Of a stretch of 61,806 bases of DNA, positions 1-8,571 are shown piece after piece. Each line of letters begins with the position of its first letter. The first letter of the stretch is position 1. Under the pieces are notes generated by a model. That model had not been told where the DNA came from and ran no database searches. It was given only the letters and a program-made list of their open reading frames with translations. A program made the position numbers and the translations under genes. Source of the stretch: a virus (Duplodnaviria > Caudoviricetes); IMG/VR virus record IMGVR_UViG_3300035154_000018, positions 1 to 61,806 of that record, one strand, 5' to 3'.

Positions 1-5
1 ATGCA

Positions 6-38
6 GAGGGGGGTCTCTTTTTGCGAGACCCCTCCCCC
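6..38. repeat. Terminal GC-rich hairpin near the genome end
   Basis: GAGGGGGGTCTC-TTTTTGC-GAGACCCCTC inverted repeat at the window start. Confidence 0.55.
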
Positions 39-157
39 CATCAAGAAATATTTTCGCACTCAGGGCCAAGCGAAAACATTATGTTATTAAATTATTATTT
101 AGTTTTGCGATCTCACAGACAGCGATGCGCTTAGCAATCGAATGCCCATGAGTAGTA

Positions 158-421
158 TTAGGCAACGACAGTCGTACCCGAGTCTGCTCTGACTTTTGTA
201 TGTACACCAGAAACATTCTCGGTAACGATCTCATCGATTGCTTCCTCAATCGCTTCTTGTTGTAGTTCATCTGAAAGTTCATCAGATGTGTGCACTACTC
301 GAGCCAACAAAGAGTTCGAGCAGTAACCACGTGACAAGTCCCATGTGAGCCAGGCATCATACTGTGTTACAGGGCTAAAGGGATTGTCAGTAGTAGTTAG
401 CATGTGTAGTTCCACTATCAA
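158..421 (-). CDS. Small acidic protein translationally coupled to the RNA polymerase gene
   Basis: 87 aa ORF; start overlaps the RNAP stop (ATGA). Confidence 0.8.
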   Translation of the reverse strand: MIVELHMLTTTDNPFSPVTQYDAWLTWDLSRGYCSNSLLARVVHTSDELSDELQQEAIEEAIDEIVTENVSGVHTKVRADSGTTVVA

Positions 422-3168
422 TCCCCTTTCCCTTCTACTGCATCCTTGACAGTGGACACAGGTACGCCTAATGCTGATGCTACCTCAGCCCACGTGTAGC
501 CCTGCTCATGCAGGGCCTTGGCCTTGAGCTTACGACTGGGTGACATCTGGATCTTGACTCTTGGTGTAGCCAGTTCCTTGATCTTGTCAAGGTCTGCATA
601 GGTCAGGATCTGGTCCAGCTTATGGGCAGAGATGGCTCTTGCTTGGATTGCTGCCCATTCACTGGGTGTGATGTCAAACTTTTCTTTCTCTGCGCCTGTT
701 CTGATACGGGCAGCAGCAAGGGCCTGAGATTTTACTCGTTTCTTCTCAGCCTTGTTTTCCTTCTCGTTGAGAGAAGGGTCTGCCTGCACCTTCAATCGAA
801 CGACCCCGTTTGCTATAACCTGGGCTTGTCTTTCACGGGGGGCGTTCCTAAGAGCTAGGGCCAACTTGGCGTTCAGTGTTTCCACATCACTGGAGTAGAC
901 CTTGCGAGCAGCAGAGTTGTACTTGTCGGGCTTGATAGTAACTAGCGACTTGCGTGCTTGGTTAGCCAATCCCTTGAGACGATTCGAGTGGTCAGCGTAC
1001 ACCTTCTCGATGACCGTACCCGAAGACAAGGTATGAGCATCGCTAACTTCAGCAAGCTTGGTAGACGTGGTGGTCTTCAGATGTTCTTTACCCTTACCAT
1101 CAGGCCACGTCTTACCTGTTTCGGTAAACACCAGCTTACCTGTCGCGGGATCAATTGGACCGCCGTCTTTAGGCGACCTTGGGTTTCTCTCGGGTACCTT
1201 CTTCGGTGAGGTCGCTCGCGATATGAGCGTTGACGCACCACCTTGACTGCTGCTTTGATACTTCTTCATCAAGGCAGGGATACCGTTATCACTTGCAGAT
1301 CTACGGTAATCCAGGTTGTGCTTCTCTGCATCGATGACAACCATGGAATGCTTGACAGCGCGAGCAAGCTCGTCTGTACTGGCACCCCGAATGGTCATGT
1401 CAGTGATCAGGTTCGATACCAGACCCATCTGCATACCCTTGTCATGGGCAGTCATCTTTCTCATACCCTCGTACGGAGGATACGATTCCTTAGGCTCGAA
1501 AGAACTCAAGCCTTTCAACGCAGGAGTAGAACGAACCTTACCTTGATTGTTGGGGATGACCAGAACACTATCGCCATCAAAGTCAGCACCCGACAAGCGA
1601 GCGGCGACACTCGGGTGAATACCAATAGCGTCCTTGGCTGCATGACCCAGTAGCTTCCTGCCGGCTGCGTTGTTATTGTTTACTGTCAGCTCGGGAATCT
1701 CGAACGTTCCACCATGAGGGAAACGAATGAGCGCTACACGATCGCCGCTTTTGAAGTTCGGCGCATACACTTCGCTTGGCTTGATGTCCGACAGAGGCAG
1801 TATCACCTGAGTCTTTTGATTGGGAAGTGCAGCAGCCTTGAGATGGACAGCCGAAGAGTCGGCACTGTCGGCGTAGGCTTCGAGAAGCTTGCGCTTCACC
1901 GAAGGATTGTTCAACGCCATGATGCCGTCGAGCTCGGCTTTCTTCTTCTGATACGTTAAGTCGAGCTGCTCCTTGGCCAAGACCGGTCGCTGCTTCGACA
2001 ACATCTGGGACGACAGACTTCGAGACCAGTCGTCCCACTTGCCTTCCTCATTGACGATGTTCATCACTGAGGTGAGCTTCTGAGGCTTCAGCGTCTTAAG
2101 ATCGACACCCTCACCGATCTGTTTACTGATACTCGCACCGAACGGGTTGTCTTGGTCGATCTGGTCGGTGTCGCCAATCTTCTTCAGTTCTTTCATGGCG
2201 TCGAGTTTATTACCGGTGTTCTTCTTGTTCGTGTTGAACTGAAGATCCACACCCTCAGGTAGATCGTCCTTGTAGACCGCCATGCCCTTGAGATAGTGGG
2301 ATCCGTCGACCATGATACGAACCTGGGCGTATTGCGAACTACCCATGTCTACGTCTTTGACGCCACGACGAACATAGATCACACCATCAGCATCAGTACC
2401 ACCGTCTTCAGCATAGCGAATGCCGACACGCTTAGAACTGATGGACAACGGATGTTTCATATTGAGAACGGTTTGCCCACCGTCATCAGAATAGTTCTCG
2501 AGTTGCTGGATGTTATGGCGATTCTTCTGAACATCGCCCCACGTAGTGCCCGGTGCAGCCAACACCTTCATGTTGGTCTGGTTGCCTGTGCCGAGCTGCT
2601 CGACCTTGACCTCATGCGTAACGTAACCCTCATCCTTAAGTTTCTGGATGGAGCTGCGCAGTTTGGTCTTGGTGATGTCGAGCTGAAACTCGATACCGGA
2701 ACCCACGTCGATGAACTTCTTCTCTGCCACAGCAGAGCGAAGGGCGTCGGTAACACTGTCGAGAACCTTGGTCTTGAGTTCTTGACTGGGTTTCAGCAAT
2801 GCACGAACCTGAGACTCACCGATGCGATTACCGGATTCACTCATCCGTTTGGCGATGGCGACATTAGACATTCCTTTGTCGGCCAACTGCTGCGCCATGT
2901 GGATCTGATCTTGCAACTGCTCGTTACGAACAACGGTACGAATATCGCGAAGCTGAGTAGTGGTGATACCCAGACCCTTAGCGATGGTCGTTTCGCTCAG
3001 ACCTTGCTTACGCATCTCATTCGCTGTGGTTACCAGCGTGTGGTTGCGCGTACTTGTTTGGTCGTCTCCTGATCCCCACGGATATCGACCGGAGTGTCGG
3101 GGTGTGCCGTAGTGCACGATGACGCCGTCTTGAGAGGCTAAGTATTCTTCTTCGGGGATCGTAACCAC
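418..3168 (-). CDS. YonO-like single-subunit (two-barrel) DNA-dependent RNA polymerase with HTH domains
   Basis: 916 aa; catalytic LSGADFDGDSVLV (DxDGD) motif, upstream RFPH (RxP) and YLKGM motifs; HTH-like segments at N- and C-termini. Confidence 0.85.
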   Translation of the reverse strand: MVTIPEEEYLASQDGVIVHYGTPRHSGRYPWGSGDDQTSTRNHTLVTTANEMRKQGLSETTIAKGLGITTTQLRDIRTVVRNEQLQDQIHMAQQLADKGMSNVAIAKRMSESGNRIGESQVRALLKPSQELKTKVLDSVTDALRSAVAEKKFIDVGSGIEFQLDITKTKLRSSIQKLKDEGYVTHEVKVEQLGTGNQTNMKVLAAPGTTWGDVQKNRHNIQQLENYSDDGGQTVLNMKHPLSISSKRVGIRYAEDGGTDADGVIYVRRGVKDVDMGSSQYAQVRIMVDGSHYLKGMAVYKDDLPEGVDLQFNTNKKNTGNKLDAMKELKKIGDTDQIDQDNPFGASISKQIGEGVDLKTLKPQKLTSVMNIVNEEGKWDDWSRSLSSQMLSKQRPVLAKEQLDLTYQKKKAELDGIMALNNPSVKRKLLEAYADSADSSAVHLKAAALPNQKTQVILPLSDIKPSEVYAPNFKSGDRVALIRFPHGGTFEIPELTVNNNNAAGRKLLGHAAKDAIGIHPSVAARLSGADFDGDSVLVIPNNQGKVRSTPALKGLSSFEPKESYPPYEGMRKMTAHDKGMQMGLVSNLITDMTIRGASTDELARAVKHSMVVIDAEKHNLDYRRSASDNGIPALMKKYQSSSQGGASTLISRATSPKKVPERNPRSPKDGGPIDPATGKLVFTETGKTWPDGKGKEHLKTTTSTKLAEVSDAHTLSSGTVIEKVYADHSNRLKGLANQARKSLVTIKPDKYNSAARKVYSSDVETLNAKLALALRNAPRERQAQVIANGVVRLKVQADPSLNEKENKAEKKRVKSQALAAARIRTGAEKEKFDITPSEWAAIQARAISAHKLDQILTYADLDKIKELATPRVKIQMSPSRKLKAKALHEQGYTWAEVASALGVPVSTVKDAVEGKGD

Positions 3169-3171
3169 TAC

Positions 3172-3726
3172 TTAGTCCTCCTCTCGCAAGTACGATATGA
3201 GCTTGGCCTGCGTTGCGATGCGATCCATGACCAAGAGCATCTCCATGGGATCCGGCTCTATCTCGGCGATGTCGTCGTTCTGGTAGATGCGCAGAACGAT
3301 GCGGATTTGATCGGGAGTGAAGCGGTACTCATAGCAGAATATACCTGCGTAAATGAGCAGCTGCTTCATACTAGCAACAATCTTGCCAGTTTTCAGATCG
3401 TGGATCCGCAAAGTCGAGTCTCTGAATCCGCAGGCGTCTGCTGTGCCGAAACAGTTCTCGTCGTAAACGAGTGGAACCTCGGCCTGCATCCTGTAACCAA
3501 TGGCATCGTTGATGTACGTACTCAGAGTCGTCCCGTTATCAGCCTGACGAATACCAAGCTCGATGGCTCGTTGTGCGTAGGCGTGAAGCTCGTCGCCTCG
3601 TCTGGCTTGCTGCTTCTCGAAGTAATACCGAGTCATCTTGTCTTCGTCGTAGTCGAGCCAGTGGTAGTTGCTCGGACTAAGAAAGGCGTGCTTGCCAGTG
3701 AAGTTCAAATTCTTGTTGAAGCTCAT
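3172..3726 (-). CDS. PD-(D/E)XK (RecB/Cas4-like) exonuclease
   Basis: LSPS, GDELH, FGTAD, IHDLKTG, QLLIYA motifs. Confidence 0.8.
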   Translation of the reverse strand: MSFNKNLNFTGKHAFLSPSNYHWLDYDEDKMTRYYFEKQQARRGDELHAYAQRAIELGIRQADNGTTLSTYINDAIGYRMQAEVPLVYDENCFGTADACGFRDSTLRIHDLKTGKIVASMKQLLIYAGIFCYEYRFTPDQIRIVLRIYQNDDIAEIEPDPMEMLLVMDRIATQAKLISYLREED

Positions 3727-4000
3727 TCAAAACGGCCTCTTCGTTCTCAGGATAGATAAACGCAGCGAAACACTGGTGACCGAACTTCTCGACGTAGTAC
3801 GGCTGATTCGGTCGCGCAGTGGCGGTCGCGCTGATTTTTGCTTCGAGGAATGCCCAAAAGCCACCCACGAACAAGATCAGGCGATCAGGGAGACCTTGCC
3901 GGCTGTCCAAGATGATGACATCTGCAACTGCATCGCCGAACCGTTCATAGATCCGGGCAGTCAACTCCGTCTTGTACTTACCTTCACCTTGGCGTGCCAA
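3677..4000 (-). CDS. VRR-NUC family nuclease
   Basis: GLPDRLIL...FLEAK...RPNQ motif; 107 aa. Confidence 0.8.
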   Translation of the reverse strand: MARQGEGKYKTELTARIYERFGDAVADVIILDSRQGLPDRLILFVGGFWAFLEAKISATATARPNQPYYVEKFGHQCFAAFIYPENEEAVLNELQQEFELHWQARLS

Positions 4001-4042
4001 AAGAATAACCCTTCATCGCAAGAATTACATGGCTTATCTTAT

Positions 4043-4088
4043 CCCTTCTATTATAATGCATGTATTTTCACCGCATGGGTATCTAACC
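4043..4088 (-). promoter_or_regulatory. Phage promoter motif preceded by GGTTAGATACCC box, upstream of the nuclease-RNAP operon
   Basis: Minus strand GGTTAGATACCCATGCGGTGAAAATACATGCATTATAATAG matches the genome-wide repeat. Confidence 0.65.
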
Positions 4089-4628
4089 CTATAGGGCTCG
4101 TCGGAAGATCTGACCGGTCGGCCACACGTACGTGTTGTTGTGCATGGAGAGCAAGAGTTGCTCATCAAGAAGCCCATGGACTGTCGAAGCGTGCATGGAA
4201 CTCTTGTAGATCTCGAAGGTCTCCACGTCTTCGACGGGTTCGTCAAGGGTTATGTGATCGTCGGTGAACTGCACCATGTAGCGACGGGCAAACCAGAGCG
4301 GGCGCCACACGATGTTGGTGTAGTGGTTATTGGTACGATCGCCGTCGAGATGCACGGGTGTACCGAAGTTGACGTTGCTGTGCTCGGGAACGAAAGCACA
4401 CGCCACGAGAAGCGGCAGTGCTCTCTTGGACTGGACGGAACGACCACGTTGCTGGTTATAGGACATGAGTCCCACGATAGGGAGATCATGCGAATTTCTC
4501 GTGGCCGAGATGATGACACCTGACTCGTCATTGCGTACTCTTCCCCAAGAGCTGACCGAGTATGTGGGGAAGTTGCTTATCTCTCTCCATCGCTCTGCAT
4601 CGGAGGAGAACGGCGCCTCGTGAGTCAT
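4089..4628 (-). CDS. NUMOD4/HNH homing-endonuclease-like protein
   Basis: WREI..FPTYSVSSWGRVRN (NUMOD4) and HLDGDRTNNHYTNIVW (HNH). Confidence 0.8.
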   Translation of the reverse strand: MTHEAPFSSDAERWREISNFPTYSVSSWGRVRNDESGVIISATRNSHDLPIVGLMSYNQQRGRSVQSKRALPLLVACAFVPEHSNVNFGTPVHLDGDRTNNHYTNIVWRPLWFARRYMVQFTDDHITLDEPVEDVETFEIYKSSMHASTVHGLLDEQLLLSMHNNTYVWPTGQIFRRAL

Positions 4629-4711
4629 GAAGCGATGCTCACTTTCTTTATATGTCTTGCATGAAACTGTGGTAGCGGTTAATTTACTATATGTCCGTTA
4701 TGTCGATCCCG

Positions 4712-5068
4712 GTCACTTTTCTTGGAAAAACCCTAAAAACTTTTTTATAAAACGCTTCAGGGTATCTAATACCTACCCATTAGATACCCTAGGGGGGAGT
4801 ATTAAAAAAGTTTTTGACAAATTTTAGTGGAAAGTGACAGGAAAACAGGGTGGTTATGTCCGAGTTTGACCGAGAGTGTTGTTAAATGTGAGCCGAAAGC
4901 AGGGTATCTAACTTGGGCAATTTTTGCTTTTCAAAAAATGGGTATCTAACCCAAGCCTTTCCTCCTTCAACCCCGATTTTCAGCGGCTGAGCCAAAAGTG
5001 ACAAGCAAATGTCACTTTCTAAAATAAAAGTGACATGGAAATGACATGGCTCAGCCGCTGAAAAGTGA
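4712..5068. repeat. AT-rich palindromic region, candidate replication origin
   Basis: Nested inverted repeats centred on about 4775; perfect 18-bp inverted repeat 4977-4994/5047-5064; repeated AAAGTGAC and GGGTATCTAA. Confidence 0.6.
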
Positions 5069-6709
5069 CGATAATTTGAGCTCATTGAAGGTTTCTTTGG
5101 CCTGCAACGACCGTTCGATGGCCTTGTCGATCCACGAATCTGACGTGAATTTGTAGTACCACAAGTCTTGGAACGGAGTGTTCAACCGGTCGATTCGACC
5201 CTCTGCTTGCTCGGTAATCTTCCACGAATAGTTCAACGAGTACATGATCTCGGCGTTAGTCTCGACGCAATTCCAGCCCTCAGCGCCGGCTGTGTACTGC
5301 ACAAGATATACCCAAGCATCGCCCGTCGGCACTGGTTGATGCTTGTGACCATTCCACTCAGCGATTGTCGTATCCACCGAGAGGTCTCGCAGAGCCTCCA
5401 ACTCGTAGTTGAAGTTGTAGAATATAATCAACCGAGGATGCTCAACCAGCATGGAACGAACCATCATCAGCCGGCTGAAGTCGCTGTTAACGACCCGTCG
5501 AGCGACCGCACACATCTCCGAAATATCGCGCAACGGCCGGTTCTCGTAGGGATTCCACCGCTGTTTCAGGACCTGCTCGAGCTTTTCCTTGTCGTACTGA
5601 CAGGTCACCTCGACATGCCGGCGCTTCGTATGTCGCTCGAATGGCATGTGTACAAGAAGATTGTTGCGATGCCTCAGCAGCTTCCCCGTGTTGATGTACC
5701 GGTCCACCTTGGGGAACTTGGTGAAGGTGTTGTAGACCACGTGCTCGCGCTTGAACTCGGTCCGGTTCTTGTAGAAGTTGTTGGCGATGAAGACGGGGAC
5801 ATAATCCATCCACGTATCACCCGGCGTAGCACTCAGTAGAATCCAGTTATTTCGTCGAGATATACGTAGGAATGCCTTCGTCCATTCCCCCGACCCAACG
5901 AGCCTTTGTTCGTCGAAGATGAAGAAGGCTCCTTCGACGCCGGCGTACTTGTTGATGTTGTTCCAGCTGTCGACGGTGAGGACGTAGGGGAAGACTCCTG
6001 CTTCTCCGATAGCGCTTGATTGAGTTTCTCCGCCGCTATCTGAGAATTCTGATAAATCTCTTCCTTGCTCGGAAGATGTTCTCCCAAGGGCTTCACCCGC
6101 CCTGGCATATCCAGCATCTTCCGCAGTCGTTCCGTCGAAAGAAGCCCTGCGGAGTGCAATTGTTCCAGATCCTCGAACGTCGGCTGTTTCCGCAAGGAGT
6201 GTGCTCGTACTTTCGACACCTCGTATGAAACCTGACCCGACAAGTATGCGATCATGATCCTCTGATAAGGCTCGATCTGGTCCTCCCAGACCTTGTGGCG
6301 CTCCTTCTTTCCCTCGTCGTTCTCCACCTCGTAGTAGAATCCCTTCGCCGGATTCCAGAAGTCCTTCTCGTCCATCCGCACGAAGATGATCGTCGACCAG
6401 TCCGGCTCCGGAGCTCCCAGCTTTGCGCCGCTTACGTTGAGATACAGCGCCTGCAGCAGCTCCGTGGTTAGGGCCAGTTGCCGGTCCCACTCCAACTCGG
6501 TAGAAGTCGTCTTGCCAGTCGCGGTCGTCTCGCTTCTTGGCGGTTGTGATGACGTAGACATTCTTCGGCGCCTCGTTTACTAGGTAATATGTGGTGGCTA
6601 CCGGGGTCTTCCCTGACCCAACACCTCCGTAGAGGATCTTGCCATTTGTGAGAGCTGCAAGAGCTTTCTTCTGATGCGGCTTGAGGTAGTCGAGTGCGTA
6701 CTCAATCAC
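5051..6709 (-). CDS. SF2 (SNF2-like) DNA helicase with a large insertion
   Basis: GVGSGKT (Walker A), FIFDEQ (Walker B), LSATP, GAEGWN, QAEGRIDR; GTG start at 6709; about 160 aa Gly/Arg/Ser-rich insert between motif Ia and LTVDSWNN. Confidence 0.85.
   Translation of the reverse strand: MIEYALDYLKPHQKKALAALTNGKILYGGVGSGKTPVATTYYLVNEAPKNVYVITTAKKRDDRDWQDDFYRVGVGPATGPNHGAAAGAVSQRKRRKAGSSGAGLVDDHLRADGREGLLESGEGILLRGGERRGKEGAPQGLGGPDRALSEDHDRILVGSGFIRGVESTSTLLAETADVRGSGTIALRRASFDGTTAEDAGYARAGEALGRTSSEQGRDLSEFSDSGGETQSSAIGEAGVFPYVLTVDSWNNINKYAGVEGAFFIFDEQRLVGSGEWTKAFLRISRRNNWILLSATPGDTWMDYVPVFIANNFYKNRTEFKREHVVYNTFTKFPKVDRYINTGKLLRHRNNLLVHMPFERHTKRRHVEVTCQYDKEKLEQVLKQRWNPYENRPLRDISEMCAVARRVVNSDFSRLMMVRSMLVEHPRLIIFYNFNYELEALRDLSVDTTIAEWNGHKHQPVPTGDAWVYLVQYTAGAEGWNCVETNAEIMYSLNYSWKITEQAEGRIDRLNTPFQDLWYYKFTSDSWIDKAIERSLQAKETFNELKLSSLFSG
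5833..6561 (-). CDS. Putative nested out-of-frame gene inside the helicase
   Basis: Alternative frame open for 242 codons; protein-like composition from about 6495 to 5995; true start uncertain. Confidence 0.55.
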   Translation of the reverse strand: MSTSSQPPRSETTATGKTTSTELEWDRQLALTTELLQALYLNVSGAKLGAPEPDWSTIIFVRMDEKDFWNPAKGFYYEVENDEGKKERHKVWEDQIEPYQRIMIAYLSGQVSYEVSKVRAHSLRKQPTFEDLEQLHSAGLLSTERLRKMLDMPGRVKPLGEHLPSKEEIYQNSQIAAEKLNQALSEKQESSPTSSPSTAGTTSTSTPASKEPSSSSTNKGSLGRGNGRRHSYVYLDEITGFY

Positions 6710-7031
6710 TCGTGTACCCGTCGTGTTCCTCGAGCATCTTCCACAAGCGATCAACAGCCTCGGGCGACCACGGCCGGCCTCGATCGCCTTCCATGATTCG
6801 CTTAGGCGCTGTGCTCATGACGATCTGCTCGTATTGGTCGTCCTGCAAGAACTCGCTGACGCGCAACTCTTCTTGGATGTGCGTATTTTGCCATCGCGCA
6901 TATTCATCCATGGGATTTGCCATGAGCATCTGCATGTAGAAATCGCGCTGTTGCTCTTCCAAGGTCTTCTTGGGAATCGGAACCACGATCTTGTCACTAC
7001 GATATGACAAGGCCTTCTCCGGCAGATCCAT
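6702..7031 (-). CDS. Hypothetical protein
   Basis: 109 aa ORF coupled to both neighbours. Confidence 0.7.
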   Translation of the reverse strand: MDLPEKALSYRSDKIVVPIPKKTLEEQQRDFYMQMLMANPMDEYARWQNTHIQEELRVSEFLQDDQYEQIVMSTAPKRIMEGDRGRPWSPEAVDRLWKMLEEHDGYTSD

Positions 7032-7303
7032 CAGATCAACCCTCGATTCCGTCGGTCGTTCTCCAGGCGCCCTCGAAGGAGACTGTATTGTGCTCCTTCG
7101 AGGGGAGCCACTTTCATCACCATGTCCATGATCGCGTCTAGATTCGTCGACTCCATCTCGGCGACGACCGTGCCTAATCCGTCATCGCCATATTTCGTCG
7201 CATCGAAGACGAGCAAGCAGAAGATCTGCTTCGCCGGATCCCAGTTGACGATGCCCTCGTGAGCTCTGTTCGTCATAAGTAAACCATACGTACGAGCTTT
7301 CAT
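7031..7303 (-). CDS. Hypothetical protein
   Basis: ATG at 7303 after GAGGAG; fills the gap. Confidence 0.7.
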   Translation of the reverse strand: MKARTYGLLMTNRAHEGIVNWDPAKQIFCLLVFDATKYGDDGLGTVVAEMESTNLDAIMDMVMKVAPLEGAQYSLLRGRLENDRRNRGLI

Positions 7304-7304
7304 C

Positions 7305-7511
7305 TCATCTCCTCGCCGGCATAGCCATGTGCATCGACCATTCGCCATCGTTGTCGTAGCTACCAAACACAGAAAACCGAGCGTGGTTGTGATCGCAGAT
7401 CCGCGAGCCCTCGGACGGTGCATCATCGCGCCGGCCACTGGGAATGAATCGCAATTTACTCCCGCAGACAAGACACTTGTTAACCCCTTTCCAGGGGTCG
7501 TCTCTTCTCAT
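7305..7511 (-). CDS. Small Zn-ribbon protein
   Basis: CLVCG...CDHNH; ATG at 7511. Confidence 0.65.
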   Translation of the reverse strand: MRRDDPWKGVNKCLVCGSKLRFIPSGRRDDAPSEGSRICDHNHARFSVFGSYDNDGEWSMHMAMPARR

Positions 7512-7695
7512 ACTGTCCCTTTTGATTACGCGAGACTTTGTTCCAGTTAATGTGATTCGCCAAATATCCGCCGTGTGTCTTAGCAAGACCCTTAGCAGCC
7601 GCCAGCGTAATATAACCATCTCGATAGAGAGCCTGCACCTGGATGCAGGCTAACTCCTCGCGAGGACGCTGGACATAGGCACTAAGGTCGCTCAT
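7480..7695 (-). CDS. Hypothetical protein
   Basis: ATG at 7695 after GAGGTGG. Confidence 0.6.
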   Translation of the reverse strand: MSDLSAYVQRPREELACIQVQALYRDGYITLAAAKGLAKTHGGYLANHINWNKVSRNQKGQYEKRRPLERG

Positions 7696-8035
7696 GCACC
7701 ACCTCGAGCGGGGGCTCAGGGGCGTTGTCGGCCTTCTCCTGTGACGCCATCTTGAACGAGAACATGACGTCGCCGTCCGAGTAGATGTCGACGATGACGA
7801 ACTCACCACACGTGCAGAACCTCGTCATGGGGATGTCGACGTACATCTGCAATCCGGCCCCACAGATGGGGCAGAGGGTGAGACGGTTCAGAGACTCTTG
7901 CACGCTCACTTTTGTTACCTTTTCAGCCATGGGGGGTTCGTATTCCTCCGTGATAACCTCACGCTCGAGCACCTCATGTGCAGCGCGGAGAAAACGTCGA
8001 TACATGTCTTTGCGGGTGAAACCGGGGGTTTCCAC
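7682..8035 (-). CDS. Zn-ribbon protein
   Basis: CPICG...CTCG; start uncertain. Confidence 0.65.
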   Translation of the reverse strand: METPGFTRKDMYRRFLRAAHEVLEREVITEEYEPPMAEKVTKVSVQESLNRLTLCPICGAGLQMYVDIPMTRFCTCGEFVIVDIYSDGDVMFSFKMASQEKADNAPEPPLEVVHERP

Positions 8036-8036
8036 G

Positions 8037-8156
8037 TCACCTACCGTTAGTCTTAAGCCACCGCTCAACGAGCATCCAAACGATGGCGGAGACAAGCACT
8101 GCGAGAGCTAAGCCGGCCAGTGTCATGACCAGCGTGATGAACCACTCAGGATACAT
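8037..8156 (-). CDS. Small membrane protein (39 aa, not in ORF track)
   Basis: MYPEWFITLVMTLAGLALAVLVSAIVWMLVERWLKTNGR read by eye; coupled to upstream stop. Confidence 0.55.
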   Translation of the reverse strand: MYPEWFITLVMTLAGLALAVLVSAIVWMLVERWLKTNGR

Positions 8157-8383
8157 CACTCTTCGTTGTCCCACACGTCGTTGTAGACCTGCCAGAGGTT
8201 CTTTCCGAGCGGGTCTTCGTTACCGCCATACTTCTTGTGCAAGTTCTGGTATTCCCGCCAGAGCTGCCGGCTGTGCTCTGAGCCGTAAGATCCATCGCCT
8301 TTGTCGAAGAGCTCCACGCGAGCCTTGGAGATCTCCCGAACGCGATCGACGACTGCTTGATACTCTTCCTGGATGACGTCCAT
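8156..8383 (-). CDS. Hypothetical protein
   Basis: 75 aa, coupled start/stop. Confidence 0.7.
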   Translation of the reverse strand: MDVIQEEYQAVVDRVREISKARVELFDKGDGSYGSEHSRQLWREYQNLHKKYGGNEDPLGKNLWQVYNDVWDNEE

Positions 8384-8571
8384 CAGTTCTCCTCAAAGCG
8401 ATTCATGAACGGATTGGTCACGATATCGGTCACGATGCTGGTTCCCTTGGCGAAGGGCTTCCACGCAGTCGTACCCTGCAACTTCTTGCGATGCGTTTCC
8501 GAGCACCACTCTTCTCCGCGGAACGCCATGGGCTTCTGACTGTCGTCCTTGTTGCAGACCTTGCAATTCAC
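8383..8571 (-). CDS. Small Zn-finger protein
   Basis: CKVC...WCSETH. Confidence 0.65.
   Translation of the reverse strand: MNCKVCNKDDSQKPMAFRGEEWCSETHRKKLQGTTAWKPFAKGTSIVTDIVTNPFMNRFEEN

Noticed and set aside
3172-3726. True Cas4 / CRISPR adaptation gene
   Set aside because: Lacks the four Fe-S cysteines; ordinary phage PD-(D/E)XK nuclease.
5995-6495. Intein or group I intron in the helicase
   Set aside because: No C/S...HN intein ends, no LAGLIDADG/HNH motif and no recognisable intron core by eye; splicing is not formally excluded.
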